40,244 nucleotides of DNA, taken from the NCBI GenBank assembly GCA_964493715.1, contig CAZBPC010000023.1:1-40244 (forward strand). The letters are read 5' to 3'. Shown here piece after piece: positions 19,152 to 28,744 of the stretch. Numbering within the stretch: position 1 is the stretch's first letter; each line of letters starts with the position of its first letter. A program made the translations under genes and the position numbers. The notes beneath the pieces are model-generated. The model had not been told where the DNA came from, did not search any database, and worked only from the letters and a program-made list of their open reading frames with translations. The stretch is from an uncultured archaeon (GTDB lineage: Archaea > Asgardarchaeota > Lokiarchaeia > Sigyniarchaeales > SOKP01).

Positions 19152-19955
19152 ATTTCTGGATATATTGGAAAGAAAATTCGGTTGGAAAGAATTATTAATA
19201 GAGAGACGAATAAAACAGTAATTATTCCGTTGGATCATGGATTAACAGTTGGACCAATTAAGGGAATAGATTGTAATATAGGTGAAATGGTTAATAAGAT
19301 CGCTTTAGGAGGAGCAAATGCTGTTTTAGGTCATGTTGGAATTCCCCTCCATGCTCATAGGGGATATGGACCCGATATTGGACTGATTCTTCATTTATCT
19401 GGTTCAACTTCTTTAAGCCCCGATGCAAATTATAAGGTATTAATTAATACGGTGTTGGAAGCCGTAAAATTTGGATCTGATGGTGTTTCTTTACATATTA
19501 ATATAGGAACTAAATCAGATCCTGAGATGTTAGAAACTTTAGGCATGGTTTCTCGAGAATGCCGAGAATACGGAATGCCCTTAATAGCAATGATGTATCC
19601 ACGAGGTCAAAACATTAAAGATGAATATGAAGTTGGAGTAGTGAAGATGGTAGCTCGAGTCGCAGCTGAATTAGGAGCGGATCTCGTGAAAACAAATTGG
19701 CCAGGAGATCCCGATTCATTTAAGCAAGTTGTTGATGGTTGTATGGTTCCAGTAATTATAGCAGGTGGTGAAAAAAAAGGAATTAAAGGAATCTTAGAAA
19801 TTACTAAAGAATCTGTTGATGTTGGTGGCGCGGGAGTTGCATATGGGAGAAACGTTTTTCAAGCTGAAAATCCTACTAGTGTTGTTAAAGCGCTATGTTT
19901 GATTGTGCATAAAAATTATGACGTAGATGAGGCAATAAAAGAATCAGGACTATAA
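19152..19955 (+). CDS. DhnA-type class I aldolase (ADH synthase / FBP aldolase-like); probable ATT start upstream of the TTG at 19182
   Basis: IGKKIRLERI N-terminus, PLDHG, LILHLSGST, MMYPRG, AAELGADLVKT, IAGG, GRNVFQ. Confidence 0.9.
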   Translation: MSGYIGKKIRLERIINRETNKTVIIPLDHGLTVGPIKGIDCNIGEMVNKIALGGANAVLGHVGIPLHAHRGYGPDIGLILHLSGSTSLSPDANYKVLINTVLEAVKFGSDGVSLHINIGTKSDPEMLETLGMVSRECREYGMPLIAMMYPRGQNIKDEYEVGVVKMVARVAAELGADLVKTNWPGDPDSFKQVVDGCMVPVIIAGGEKKGIKGILEITKESVDVGGAGVAYGRNVFQAENPTSVVKALCLIVHKNYDVDEAIKESGL

Positions 19956-19975
19956 ATTTATGGAGTTAATGATTA

Positions 19976-20332
19976 ATGGAACCAATTTCAGAAAGAAATT
20001 TACTTATTAATAATGTGAACTTTTATATATCTCTCTTTAAATTACACAAGAGTTATTTAATCCTATTATCTGATCAAAAAGAAATGGGTATCGGTAGTGT
20101 TACTTTGAGCACCCCTTCTCTAATCGAAGGAGTAAAAACTTCATCAACTTCGTATTCCCTATTTGGAATAGAAAATAAAATTGCGAACAAGCTGATAGTT
20201 GAACGAGTAGCAAACATGTTGAACACCCCTGTTTTATTGTTATCGTTTCTTAAAACTAAAATGACAGAAGAAAATTTCATTAAACCAGTTATGAGTTGTC
20301 TCAATGAAATGGTATCAAATTTACCGAATTAA
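19976..20332 (+). CDS. Proteasome assembly chaperone 4 (PAC4/PSMG4)-like protein
   Basis: Pattern YLILLSD..GIGSVTLSTP..STSYSLFG....IVERVANMLNTPVLL resembles the PAC3/PAC4 fold; recognised by eye only. Confidence 0.55.
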   Translation: MEPISERNLLINNVNFYISLFKLHKSYLILLSDQKEMGIGSVTLSTPSLIEGVKTSSTSYSLFGIENKIANKLIVERVANMLNTPVLLLSFLKTKMTEENFIKPVMSCLNEMVSNLPN

Positions 20333-20394
20333 TTAATAAAGCTTTCAACTTGATACTATTAGTCTAAAATTAAGTATTTAAGTTATTAATAAGA

Positions 20395-20516
20395 TGCAGG
20401 GAAGGGGATTTGAACCCCTGTAGACCTATGTCAATGGATCTTGAGTGTGGTTAAAAGAGGGTTAATTATTCCTTCTTTTATTTGTCCACCGCCGTTGACC
20501 GCTTGGCTATCCCTGC
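20395..20516 (-). tRNA. tRNA-Leu(CAA) with intron at 32/33 (20445-20483)
   Basis: GCAGGGA/TCCCTGC acceptor, GTGGA-C^TCAAGA-TCCAT anticodon arm, long variable arm, GGTTCAAATCC. Confidence 0.92.
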
Positions 20517-20669
20517 GAGACATTTTAAAGACTAAATTTATTGATATAATGAAATTTCATTATTAATCTTTTCAAATTTATTTTAAATAAAATGCTTGGT
20601 TTAACGAGAATTAATCAATTAAATCCTTTCTATAAAAAAAGCTTAGGGGATTTTTGCTTGATAACTTTT

Positions 20670-20897
20670 TCATCCCATAAACAACGTAAAAATTATCAAA
20701 ACTCCTATCATTGAAAACATAATAATCATTTGAATTCTATTTTTTTTCTTACTTTTTTTTTCCTTTGCTATATAATTATCCCTACAAGTTTGACTGCAAA
20801 ATTGTTTATCCGCAGGCATAGCTTTACGACATACGGGACAATGACTATGAGGTCCCCATTTTTTTTTTATCTGATCTTTCCATGATGATTGAGACAT
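20670..20897 (-). CDS. DUF2116-like zinc-ribbon membrane protein
   Basis: PHSHCPVCRKAMP....FCSQTC followed by a basic stretch and a C-terminal TM helix. Confidence 0.8.
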   Translation of the reverse strand: MSQSSWKDQIKKKWGPHSHCPVCRKAMPADKQFCSQTCRDNYIAKEKKSKKKNRIQMIIMFSMIGVLIIFTLFMG

Positions 20898-20978
20898 TTT
20901 CGCTTCCTACTTAATTCATAGAATAATTTTAGTATATATATAAATATAGATAAATAAATTAATTTTTCGAAATAAAAA

Positions 20979-21692
20979 TTAATTTGAAATTACAGTACCA
21001 TTAAAATCAGACTCTCCAACCCAAATTTTAGAGAATTCATCTAAGTTCTTTCCAGAGACTACAATTACCTTTATCTTGCTTCTTCTCATTATTTGCAGAG
21101 AAACAGCATCAAAAATTCGATATTCTCCCGCTGCAGCCTGTTTATCATAAGATTCTTTTAAAATTATATTTTGCAATTTGTCGATAGTCAAGTTTTTTAT
21201 TAACTTAGCATCATCAAATTTATTTGGATCTTTATCGTAGATCCCAGTAACATCAGTAAGTATGATTACTTTTTCAGCATCAATGAATTCAGCAACTTCT
21301 AAAGCAACTGAAGTCGTTGATTGCCCTGGTTGTAAACCTCCCATAATTATTATTTTTTTAAACAAGAGTGCTATGGCTAATTCCTCGAATTGTTTCGGGA
21401 CTTCAGGGTAAGCAATTTCCCCGAACATTTCCATCAACAATCTAGCATTAATTCGTGATATTTTAATCCCCATAATATCATTAGATGTTTCGTTCGAATG
21501 AACATATCTTATAGCAGAGATATAGTTTCTTGCTATTATACCTCCACCACATACTATGATAACCTTATCATAATTTTGTTTAGCTTTAATTACCTTACAA
21601 AAATTAATTATTTTTTGTATATTGATTTTTAAATTTTCTGAAAATAGTAGTGACCCCCCAATTTTTATTACAATATTTTTCATAATAATCAA
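20979..21692 (-). CDS. pyrH: UMP kinase
   Basis: IVIKIGGS, VCGGGIIARNYI, GGLQPGQSTT, TDVTGIYDKDP, AG.Y.IFD. Confidence 0.93.
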   Translation of the reverse strand: MIIMKNIVIKIGGSLLFSENLKINIQKIINFCKVIKAKQNYDKVIIVCGGGIIARNYISAIRYVHSNETSNDIMGIKISRINARLLMEMFGEIAYPEVPKQFEELAIALLFKKIIIMGGLQPGQSTTSVALEVAEFIDAEKVIILTDVTGIYDKDPNKFDDAKLIKNLTIDKLQNIILKESYDKQAAAGEYRIFDAVSLQIMRRSKIKVIVVSGKNLDEFSKIWVGESDFNGTVISN

Positions 21693-21746
21693 ATTTGATT
21701 TTTCTTTTATTTATTAATATATAGTTGATCAGCTAAATTAAGTTAC

Positions 21747-22724
21747 TTGAGTTTTATGTCTAATCAAGAGGGAAAAGTCATTATAAAGGTTCCACACAGG
21801 ATTTCTGGATTTTTTGAAATTGTTGATAAATTAAACGGGATTAATATAGAAGATCCTCAATTAGTTGGTTCAAGGGGTGCGGGATTTAATATCAATAATT
21901 TCGGTATAACTGAAATAACATCACAAGAACCAAAAGATCCCTCTTGTTCAACTTGTCAAATCTTTATAAATGGAGCAGAATTAAATGAAAAAGCCGAAAC
22001 CACGCACTTTATTTTTGATTATCTAAAGCATAAATTTAAAAAACCATCTCACTTGATAATTGAGCACGATTTTGATTTACCAGTAGGTTCTGGGTATGGT
22101 GCAAGCGGTTCTGGAGCTTTAGGTACTGTGTATGGAATATCTTCTCTTCTGAAACTAAAGATTTCTGATTATGAGAAAGGTAAGATTGCCCATATTGCAG
22201 AAGTTTCAAATAAAACAGGATTGGGAACAATTTGTGGTCAATTAGGTGGTGGTTTGTGCATTTTAAAAGAACCAGGTTATCCCTGTGTCTCAGAACGAAT
22301 CCAATTTCCATCAAATTTGAGTATAATCTGCGGTTCATTTGGAATGATACTTACAAAATCAATATTGAATAACCAAAGATTAAATATGAATATAAAAAAT
22401 GCTGGTAGAGAAGCATTAACTAAATTACTTCAAGATCCAAGTATTTACACGTTTATGAATGCTTCAATCGAATTTGTTCAAAATTCCCATATTCTTGATA
22501 TTCTACAACTTACTACTATTAGCGAATTGATACAAGATTTAAATAAACTAAATATAATTGGTGCTAGTATGAATCAATTGGGAAGATCTGTTTATGCAGT
22601 ATGCAATAAGAGGGATGAGACAAAAGTATTAGATGTTTTTGATGGTTATAGACCAGAAATAAATATTATAAAAACGAGTATTTACGAGAGTAAATCAATC
22701 AATATTATAAAGAAGGGGGTATAA
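21747..22724 (+). CDS. Pantoate kinase (archaeal GHMP kinase); ATG at 21756 possible
   Basis: VPHRISGFF, GSRGAG, LPVGSGYGASG, AHIAEV..KTGLG, ASMNQLG. Confidence 0.88.
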   Translation: MSFMSNQEGKVIIKVPHRISGFFEIVDKLNGINIEDPQLVGSRGAGFNINNFGITEITSQEPKDPSCSTCQIFINGAELNEKAETTHFIFDYLKHKFKKPSHLIIEHDFDLPVGSGYGASGSGALGTVYGISSLLKLKISDYEKGKIAHIAEVSNKTGLGTICGQLGGGLCILKEPGYPCVSERIQFPSNLSIICGSFGMILTKSILNNQRLNMNIKNAGREALTKLLQDPSIYTFMNASIEFVQNSHILDILQLTTISELIQDLNKLNIIGASMNQLGRSVYAVCNKRDETKVLDVFDGYRPEINIIKTSIYESKSINIIKKGV

Positions 22725-22725
22725 A

Positions 22726-23547
22726 TCAACACTTTTTAGAAGTATTTAGAGTTTTTGACTTTAAAGTTGCTGCTTCAACAGCTCGGATCAGTGTTGCCCT
22801 TAACTTTGCGGATTCAATCTCATGAATAGCTGTGATCGTTGTTCCACCCGGGGTTGCAACCATATCTTTCAATTCTCCAGGATGTTTCCCTGTTTCTAAT
22901 AATAATTTCGCTGAACCCATAACAGTTTGTGCTGCTAATTTTAGCGAAATGTCCCGAGGTAGCCCCATTTTCACACCTCCGTCTGCCAAAGCTTCAATTA
23001 TTATAAAAATATAAGCGGGTCCACTACCAGATAATCCAGTTACTGCATCTAAGTGTATTTCATCTAATTCCACAACTAATCCCACAGATTTAAATAATTT
23101 CTTAGCAAAATTTAATTGCGTTTCATTAACATATTCATTAGAGGAGATAGCTGTAGCTGCAGCTCCAATAATTGCGGGAGTATTTGTCATAATTCTGATT
23201 AATCCGATTTGTTTATTGATAATTCTAAATATATGTTCAAAAGAAACTCCTGCGGCAATAGAAATTATTGTTTGGTCCTCCGAGATTGTTGTCTTAATTT
23301 CATCTAAGATTTTATTGATTACTTGAGGGATGACTGCAATTAAAATAAAACGAGATCGTTTAACTAACTCGATACTATCTTTAGCTATTTCAACATTTAA
23401 TTCTTCTGAAACATTCTTTGAACGGGTCCTATCAATATCATAGATAATAACTGAATTATTTTTAACTGTATTAGTACTAACAAATCTTTTTACTAATGCT
23501 GAGCCAATTTTACCGATACCAATAATTCCTAGTTCTTTTTCAAACAT
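22726..23547 (-). CDS. proC: Pyrroline-5-carboxylate reductase
   Basis: IGIGKIG, SIAAGV, RIMTNTP, TGLSGSGPAY, LKDMVATPGGTT. Confidence 0.95.
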   Translation of the reverse strand: MFEKELGIIGIGKIGSALVKRFVSTNTVKNNSVIIYDIDRTRSKNVSEELNVEIAKDSIELVKRSRFILIAVIPQVINKILDEIKTTISEDQTIISIAAGVSFEHIFRIINKQIGLIRIMTNTPAIIGAAATAISSNEYVNETQLNFAKKLFKSVGLVVELDEIHLDAVTGLSGSGPAYIFIIIEALADGGVKMGLPRDISLKLAAQTVMGSAKLLLETGKHPGELKDMVATPGGTTITAIHEIESAKLRATLIRAVEAATLKSKTLNTSKKC

Positions 23548-23608
23548 ATTAAATCTTTATAACCAATACCAAAATAAGTTTATGATTTGTTTGACTTTTT
23601 CATAAGAG

Positions 23609-24118
23609 TTAATAGAAACTATTATCAATTATATCTGTATCTCTTATGCCAAAATCAATCCATATCTTTCTTTCTAATATTATTTTGTTTCGTAGCTTCT
23701 CTTTTTCATAAAAATTGTTTTTTTGGAAAAATTTAATACCCATTATATAATGTTGTGGTAATTCTATATGAATTATAGCAATTCCTTCTTTCTTCTGTAA
23801 ATTTATAAATTTATTTAATAAGAAATAACCGATCTTATTATTTCTAAATTTGGGGGCTACGAATAATAGTTTTAAAGAGGTTGTTGGGAGAAAATTTACT
23901 ATTGGATCATCATCATTACATTTATTATCAGCAATGAGCAGACCAACTAATAACTCATCCTGTAAAGCTGTAAGGATGAAGTAGTTTTCAGTATTGTAGT
24001 TATCTGAAAATCCATCAATAAAGTCAATAAATTCTTTTGCGCATAGACGTAGATCAATTAGAGATAAATTCTGTGGAAGTCCCAAAGAAATTTCTAAATT
24101 TTTCATTATATGACCCAA
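23609..24118 (-). CDS. GNAT family N-acetyltransferase
   Basis: Motif A LFVAPKFRNNKIGYFLL and motif B IKFFQKNNF. Confidence 0.8.
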   Translation of the reverse strand: MGHIMKNLEISLGLPQNLSLIDLRLCAKEFIDFIDGFSDNYNTENYFILTALQDELLVGLLIADNKCNDDDPIVNFLPTTSLKLLFVAPKFRNNKIGYFLLNKFINLQKKEGIAIIHIELPQHYIMGIKFFQKNNFYEKEKLRNKIILERKIWIDFGIRDTDIIDNSFY

Positions 24119-24126
24119 AATCCTAT

Positions 24127-24855
24127 TTAGTATAAGAGAGCTTTTAATTCTTCAATCATATATGGTCTTATTTTGCCTTTTTTTCTATCAAAATTATCAC
24201 ATACAATACTTCTTACACCAATAATATCTGGTGAGATCTTTTTGATTTTTGAAATTGATTCTTTCATTAAATTACCAGCGAGGGCTATTTCAAGATTCAG
24301 TTGTTTCGATGTTGTTTTAAAATCCATCAGTTGTTTAACACTTAAAAAATCAAATAATCCTTTTCCATCTTTTATAAATGTATCTAGCATTGCTATGTTA
24401 CATCCCGATTCAGCGGCAATTATGGGGATCGCCAAAAAATCCGGCGAGGTTTTGATTCTCTTGTAATCTGCGTAACCTGCTGCTACAATTTTAATATCTT
24501 TATTATAGTTTTTCACTGCTTTTACTACTTTTTCCATAAGATCAACTCCTTCTTCAACATTCTTCGGGCCTTTTAAGCCAACTTTAATAATATCTGCACC
24601 TGAAACTGCTGCCCCTAATGCAGCTAAGGATGCTGAACCGGGCAAATATGGGAAATCTCCTATTGTAGCACTCAGCTTCTGCGAGCTACTTTCTGGAATT
24701 AAATCTTTCATTTGTTTAATAATCCATGGAAAATTAGCACCTAATGACCCTTCATCGGGATTTTTGCAATCCACATAATCAACTCCTGAGTTGACTGTGA
24801 TTATTGCTTCTTCGATATTTTTAGGACTTACTAATAATTTTATTTTTTGTACCAT
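24127..24855 (-). CDS. mfnB: (5-formylfuran-3-yl)methyl phosphate synthase (methanofuran biosynthesis)
   Basis: LLVSP, DCKNPDEGSLGANFPWII, SATIGD, IKVGL, AGYAD, MLDTFIKDG, ALAG, GVRS. Confidence 0.93.
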   Translation of the reverse strand: MVQKIKLLVSPKNIEEAIITVNSGVDYVDCKNPDEGSLGANFPWIIKQMKDLIPESSSQKLSATIGDFPYLPGSASLAALGAAVSGADIIKVGLKGPKNVEEGVDLMEKVVKAVKNYNKDIKIVAAGYADYKRIKTSPDFLAIPIIAAESGCNIAMLDTFIKDGKGLFDFLSVKQLMDFKTTSKQLNLEIALAGNLMKESISKIKKISPDIIGVRSIVCDNFDRKKGKIRPYMIEELKALLY

Positions 24856-25178
24856 TACAATTCATATTTTATTTGACTTTCTAAAAAACACATATTATGA
24901 ATTGCTTAATTAATTTTTTATTTTCAATAATAAAAATCAATAATAAACCCTATTTTAAAAATACTAATGAATTTAAATTCGATTATGTGTCTTAGAAAGG
25001 ATAAATTATTGTTTTAAATACTAGATTAGAAAAAACATTAAATGAGTTCCTTTAATTTTCTTTCTTAGGAGACCTTTCAATAGTACTTAGATAAGGCCCA
25101 AATTATAATTTTAATTATGATATAAAAGTTTAAATTAAATAATTATTATTAAATATCAAAAAAAATGATGATTTAATT

Positions 25179-25709
25179 TTGTCACCCAAAGAAATTACTA
25201 AATTAGATATAACTAACGAAGTATTTAAAGAGCCAATTGAAGTTATCAAACAATTATCTGCGAATCTTGAAGGATTAAAGTACACTAAAGTAATACAAAC
25301 TTTTGTCTTAGAGGATCGCAGATTAAATCTATCTATAGAAAGCGAAGGCACTGGGGAATTCAAAGGAAAAGTAGTATGGATAGGAAATACTAAAGATGAG
25401 GGTGCTGGAACTATCTTTTGCATCGATAACAAATCTGAATTGAAACAGATAACACCAACAGCAGAAAACACAGAAACAGTGATTTTAGATATTAAAAAAG
25501 AATTGATTAAGGTTACCACCTCTTCTAAAACTAAATGTGCCGTATGTGGTAAACAAATCGAAATTTTTGATGAAGTAATTGGATGTCCTCTATGTGAAAC
25601 TAAAGCTCATAAAGATCACATGATCGATTGGGTGAGGATGAAACACTCTTGTCCTGTATGTAAAAAATCATTAAATGTTTCTAGTACTGGTGTTATATTT
25701 ATAGATTAA
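25179..25709 (+). CDS. Protein with C-terminal RING-like zinc finger
   Basis: CAVC-x11-CPLC-x4-HKDH-x3-W-x6-CPVC. Confidence 0.78.
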   Translation: MSPKEITKLDITNEVFKEPIEVIKQLSANLEGLKYTKVIQTFVLEDRRLNLSIESEGTGEFKGKVVWIGNTKDEGAGTIFCIDNKSELKQITPTAENTETVILDIKKELIKVTTSSKTKCAVCGKQIEIFDEVIGCPLCETKAHKDHMIDWVRMKHSCPVCKKSLNVSSTGVIFID

Positions 25710-26438
25710 ATTTCTTAATTTCTGTATATTTATTGTTCCATCATAAAAAGCGGTTCCTATTAATACTCCGGAAAATTGGGTATCATAACAGATTTGAATA
25801 TCTAATAAATCCTTTATTCCTCCACCTATATAAATTTCTCCATTAAACTCATTTCTTAATTTGAGATAGAGAGGTGTTATTCCTCCCACCTTCTGTCCAA
25901 CTCGAAATAAATCAAGTAATATAATTTTGTAAACTCCTAAATCCCATAATGTATTAACAATCTCCGAGATAGTTTTCAATTTAAATTCATTGATTTGTGT
26001 AATAACTTTCTCTAAATACATATCGATACTCAAGATTATATTATTTTTCCCCAATATATTTAATGCGCTTTTAATAACCCCTAAATTCTCTAAGGTTTCT
26101 AAACCAATTATGATCTTTTCGATTCCAAATTGTGATATTTTGATAATATCCTCATTTGTTGAGATCCCCGAATCTAGCATTATTCTTATATCAAATTCTT
26201 GGATAAGACTAGCAATAGTTTCAGAATTTGGGTGATTTTTCATTATTGCATCTAAATCTGCTATATAGAACTCATTAAACTCATATTTATCATGAAGAGT
26301 TTCTATAATAGTATGAGGATCACTGGATCCAAACATGTAAGATTTTAATGGAGAATACTGGCTTCTTTCTCCCTTAATAGCATGAACGCATATGGAATCT
26401 AGGATATCCAAGACGGGAATGATTTTAAAATTACTCAT
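25671..26438 (-). CDS. HisA/HisF-related TIM-barrel protein (methanopterin/methanofuran-pathway type)
   Basis: IIPVLDI...VHAIKGER..Y.PL, YIADLDAI, LLDLFRVG, GGGI, GVLIGTA; near mfnB. Confidence 0.82.
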   Translation of the reverse strand: MSNFKIIPVLDILDSICVHAIKGERSQYSPLKSYMFGSSDPHTIIETLHDKYEFNEFYIADLDAIMKNHPNSETIASLIQEFDIRIMLDSGISTNEDIIKISQFGIEKIIIGLETLENLGVIKSALNILGKNNIILSIDMYLEKVITQINEFKLKTISEIVNTLWDLGVYKIILLDLFRVGQKVGGITPLYLKLRNEFNGEIYIGGGIKDLLDIQICYDTQFSGVLIGTAFYDGTINIQKLRNLIYKYNTSTRNI

Positions 26439-26600
26439 TTTACCGACAAATTTAAAATTATTTTTTTATAAATTATCGATATGAAATACTCTTGGTTTTT
26501 AAAAATATTCATTAATTAGATATTAATAGTTTACTTTTTTAAGAATATAATTTAAAAATATCCATATAAACCTAATAAAAGTTATATCAAACGTGATAAT

Positions 26601-28670
26601 ATGTCAGCAGAATCGTATATTAATAAAATTATGGATGAAACAGGGTTATCTCGAAAAGATATTCAAGCTCTTGTAGATGAAAAAAAAGCAGAACTAAAAG
26701 GATTAATAACTGATGATGGAGCACTACTTTTAATAGCAAAAGAGTTAAAAGTAGAGTTAAAAAAAGAGAATGCAGATGCTATTAGTAACATAGAAGTTAA
26801 GATCTCTGATATTTCCCTTGGGATGAAAAATATTGTTTTAGTAGGAAGAATTAGAGATGTTAATAAAATATTTAATTTTACAAAAAATGATGGAAGTGAA
26901 GGATTTGTTGGTTCATTTTCAATCCAAGATGAATCAGGAGAAATTCGCATTGTTTTATGGGATGATGATACTCGAATTTTAACAAATGAAAACTTTATTC
27001 CAAATGAGATTGTAAAAATTATCAATGGATATACTAAAGAAGGTCGTTACCAAGATTTAGAAATACATATTGGGCGTTTTGGAAAAATTATCTTATCGCC
27101 GGAAGATATCGATTATAATATAATTCCTAAAATAAAGAAAACATTTACGAAAATTGGGGATATTACTCCGAATTTTAAATCCTATTCAATTAAGGGTCAA
27201 GTGGTTCGCTATACTCCAGTAAAAGAATTTGTAAAGAGTGATGGAAACACAGGAAAAGTCGGAAACATCAATATAATGGATTCAACTGGTATTATTAGAA
27301 TTGTTTTTTGGAATGAAGATGTTGATAAAATTCAAGGAATAAAAGAAGGAGATAATATTTCTATTACTCAGCTTTCTCCACGAGAAAGTAAATTAAATCC
27401 GAAAACCATTGAATTAACATCATCCCCCAACACAATCATAAAAAAAATCAAAGGAAACGTTCAATATAAAGCTGAAATAGCTAAAAATATAAAAGAAATT
27501 CAAGAACTTGAAAATTTAGTATCTTTCAAAGGAGTTACAACATCTGTTGGAGATATAAGAAAAGTTACTCTTAAATCCGGAGAAGATGTTTCCGTACTTG
27601 ATTTTGAAGTTAGTGATAATACGGGTTCAATTCGAGTGACTGCATGGAGAGAGATTGCGGAAGAATTAGCTGAAAAATTAAAAAATGATATGACGGTGCT
27701 GGTGTCAAATGTTAATCTTAAATACAATGAAATGTTTAACAGAAAAGAAGCTACCTATAATCGAGTTTCTGAGATCAATATAATCGAGGAAGATATTCAA
27801 ATTACAGCACGTCCAAAAGAAAAAAAATTAAACGCTACAATTGCTAAAAGTATAAAAGACATCGAAAGTCTTGAAAATTCCGTTTCTTTTAAAGGTAAAA
27901 TTACCTCTGTAAGAGATATAAGAAAAGTTACTCTTAAATCCGGAGAAGATGTTTCCGTACTTGATTTTGAAGTTAGTGATAATACGGGTTCAATTCGAGT
28001 GACTGCATGGAGAGAGATTGCGGAAGAATTAGCTGAAAAATTAACAATTGATATGACGGTGCTGGTGTCAAATGTTAATCTTAAATACAATGAAATGTTT
28101 GATAGAAAGGAAGCTACTTTTAATAAATTCTCTGAAATTGAGAAAATTAATGAAGATATCGGGTTTAAAAAGAAAGCAAGCTCACCAAGTTCAAATAAGT
28201 CTTCCCAATTTTTAGAAACAAAAATCGAATCAATTGATTCTATAGGTTTTTTTGAAATAAAAGGAAGTATTGCAAAGGAAATTGATTTATCTAAGAGAGA
28301 TTTGTTCATATATGATGCTTGTCCGACGTGTTTTAAAAAAGAGACAAATTGTACATGTGAAAAAAAGGTAGAATCAGAGAAAAGAATGATCTTAAAAGTA
28401 GTCTTGGATGATGAAAGTGGCACAATTAAAACCAGTTTTTTTGGTCAACAAGCTGAAGAGTTGGTTGGTAAGAAAGCAAGTGAAATCGCGGATATGGAGG
28501 ATTTAAGTAATATTTTAAAAGATCTGGAAGGCCGAAGCTTAATTGTACGTGGAAGAGCTTCATTAAATAATTTTAATGATATGAATAATTATGAACTGAA
28601 TGTTTCTGAATTTCAATTTACTGATCCTACAAAGGAGCTAAATTATCTTATGGAAGAACTAAATTCTTAA
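26601..28670 (+). CDS. Replication protein A large subunit (multiple OB folds, C-terminal zinc-binding OB)
   Basis: Five D.SG/D.TG OB signatures (DESGEIR, DSTGIIR, DNTGSIR twice, DESGTIK) and YDACPTC...CTC. Confidence 0.9.
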   Translation: MSAESYINKIMDETGLSRKDIQALVDEKKAELKGLITDDGALLLIAKELKVELKKENADAISNIEVKISDISLGMKNIVLVGRIRDVNKIFNFTKNDGSEGFVGSFSIQDESGEIRIVLWDDDTRILTNENFIPNEIVKIINGYTKEGRYQDLEIHIGRFGKIILSPEDIDYNIIPKIKKTFTKIGDITPNFKSYSIKGQVVRYTPVKEFVKSDGNTGKVGNINIMDSTGIIRIVFWNEDVDKIQGIKEGDNISITQLSPRESKLNPKTIELTSSPNTIIKKIKGNVQYKAEIAKNIKEIQELENLVSFKGVTTSVGDIRKVTLKSGEDVSVLDFEVSDNTGSIRVTAWREIAEELAEKLKNDMTVLVSNVNLKYNEMFNRKEATYNRVSEINIIEEDIQITARPKEKKLNATIAKSIKDIESLENSVSFKGKITSVRDIRKVTLKSGEDVSVLDFEVSDNTGSIRVTAWREIAEELAEKLTIDMTVLVSNVNLKYNEMFDRKEATFNKFSEIEKINEDIGFKKKASSPSSNKSSQFLETKIESIDSIGFFEIKGSIAKEIDLSKRDLFIYDACPTCFKKETNCTCEKKVESEKRMILKVVLDDESGTIKTSFFGQQAEELVGKKASEIADMEDLSNILKDLEGRSLIVRGRASLNNFNDMNNYELNVSEFQFTDPTKELNYLMEELNS
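27550..28100 (+). repeat. In-frame direct repeat, about 188 bp (27550-27737 and 27913-28100), period 363 bp
   Basis: The copies are identical except for 2 substitutions I could see (aaaaat vs acaatt); similarity is weaker on both flanks. Confidence 0.92.
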
Positions 28671-28744
28671 TATTATGAGTGTTTAACTTATAATTAATTA
28701 ATTTATTCATTTTTCATCAAGATGTAAAACTTTTATCTTAAGCT

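Noticed and set aside
24856-25178. Possible ncRNA or small ORF in a 320-bp intergenic gap
   Set aside because: It is AT-rich with no stable stem and no ORF I could support; best explained as divergent promoters.
25671-26438. Calling this gene hisA
   Set aside because: The VHA..GER..Y.PL and YIADLDAI motifs fit the HisA-related C1-cofactor family, and no his genes are nearby.
27550-28100. Direct repeat as a mobile-element or prophage att signature
   Set aside because: It is in frame within one gene, matches an OB-fold period, and no integrase or transposase is present.
26663-28423. Minus-strand ORFs of 120, 75 and 208 aa, two sharing sequence
   Set aside because: They are antisense shadows of RPA, and the shared sequence simply reflects the RPA internal repeat.
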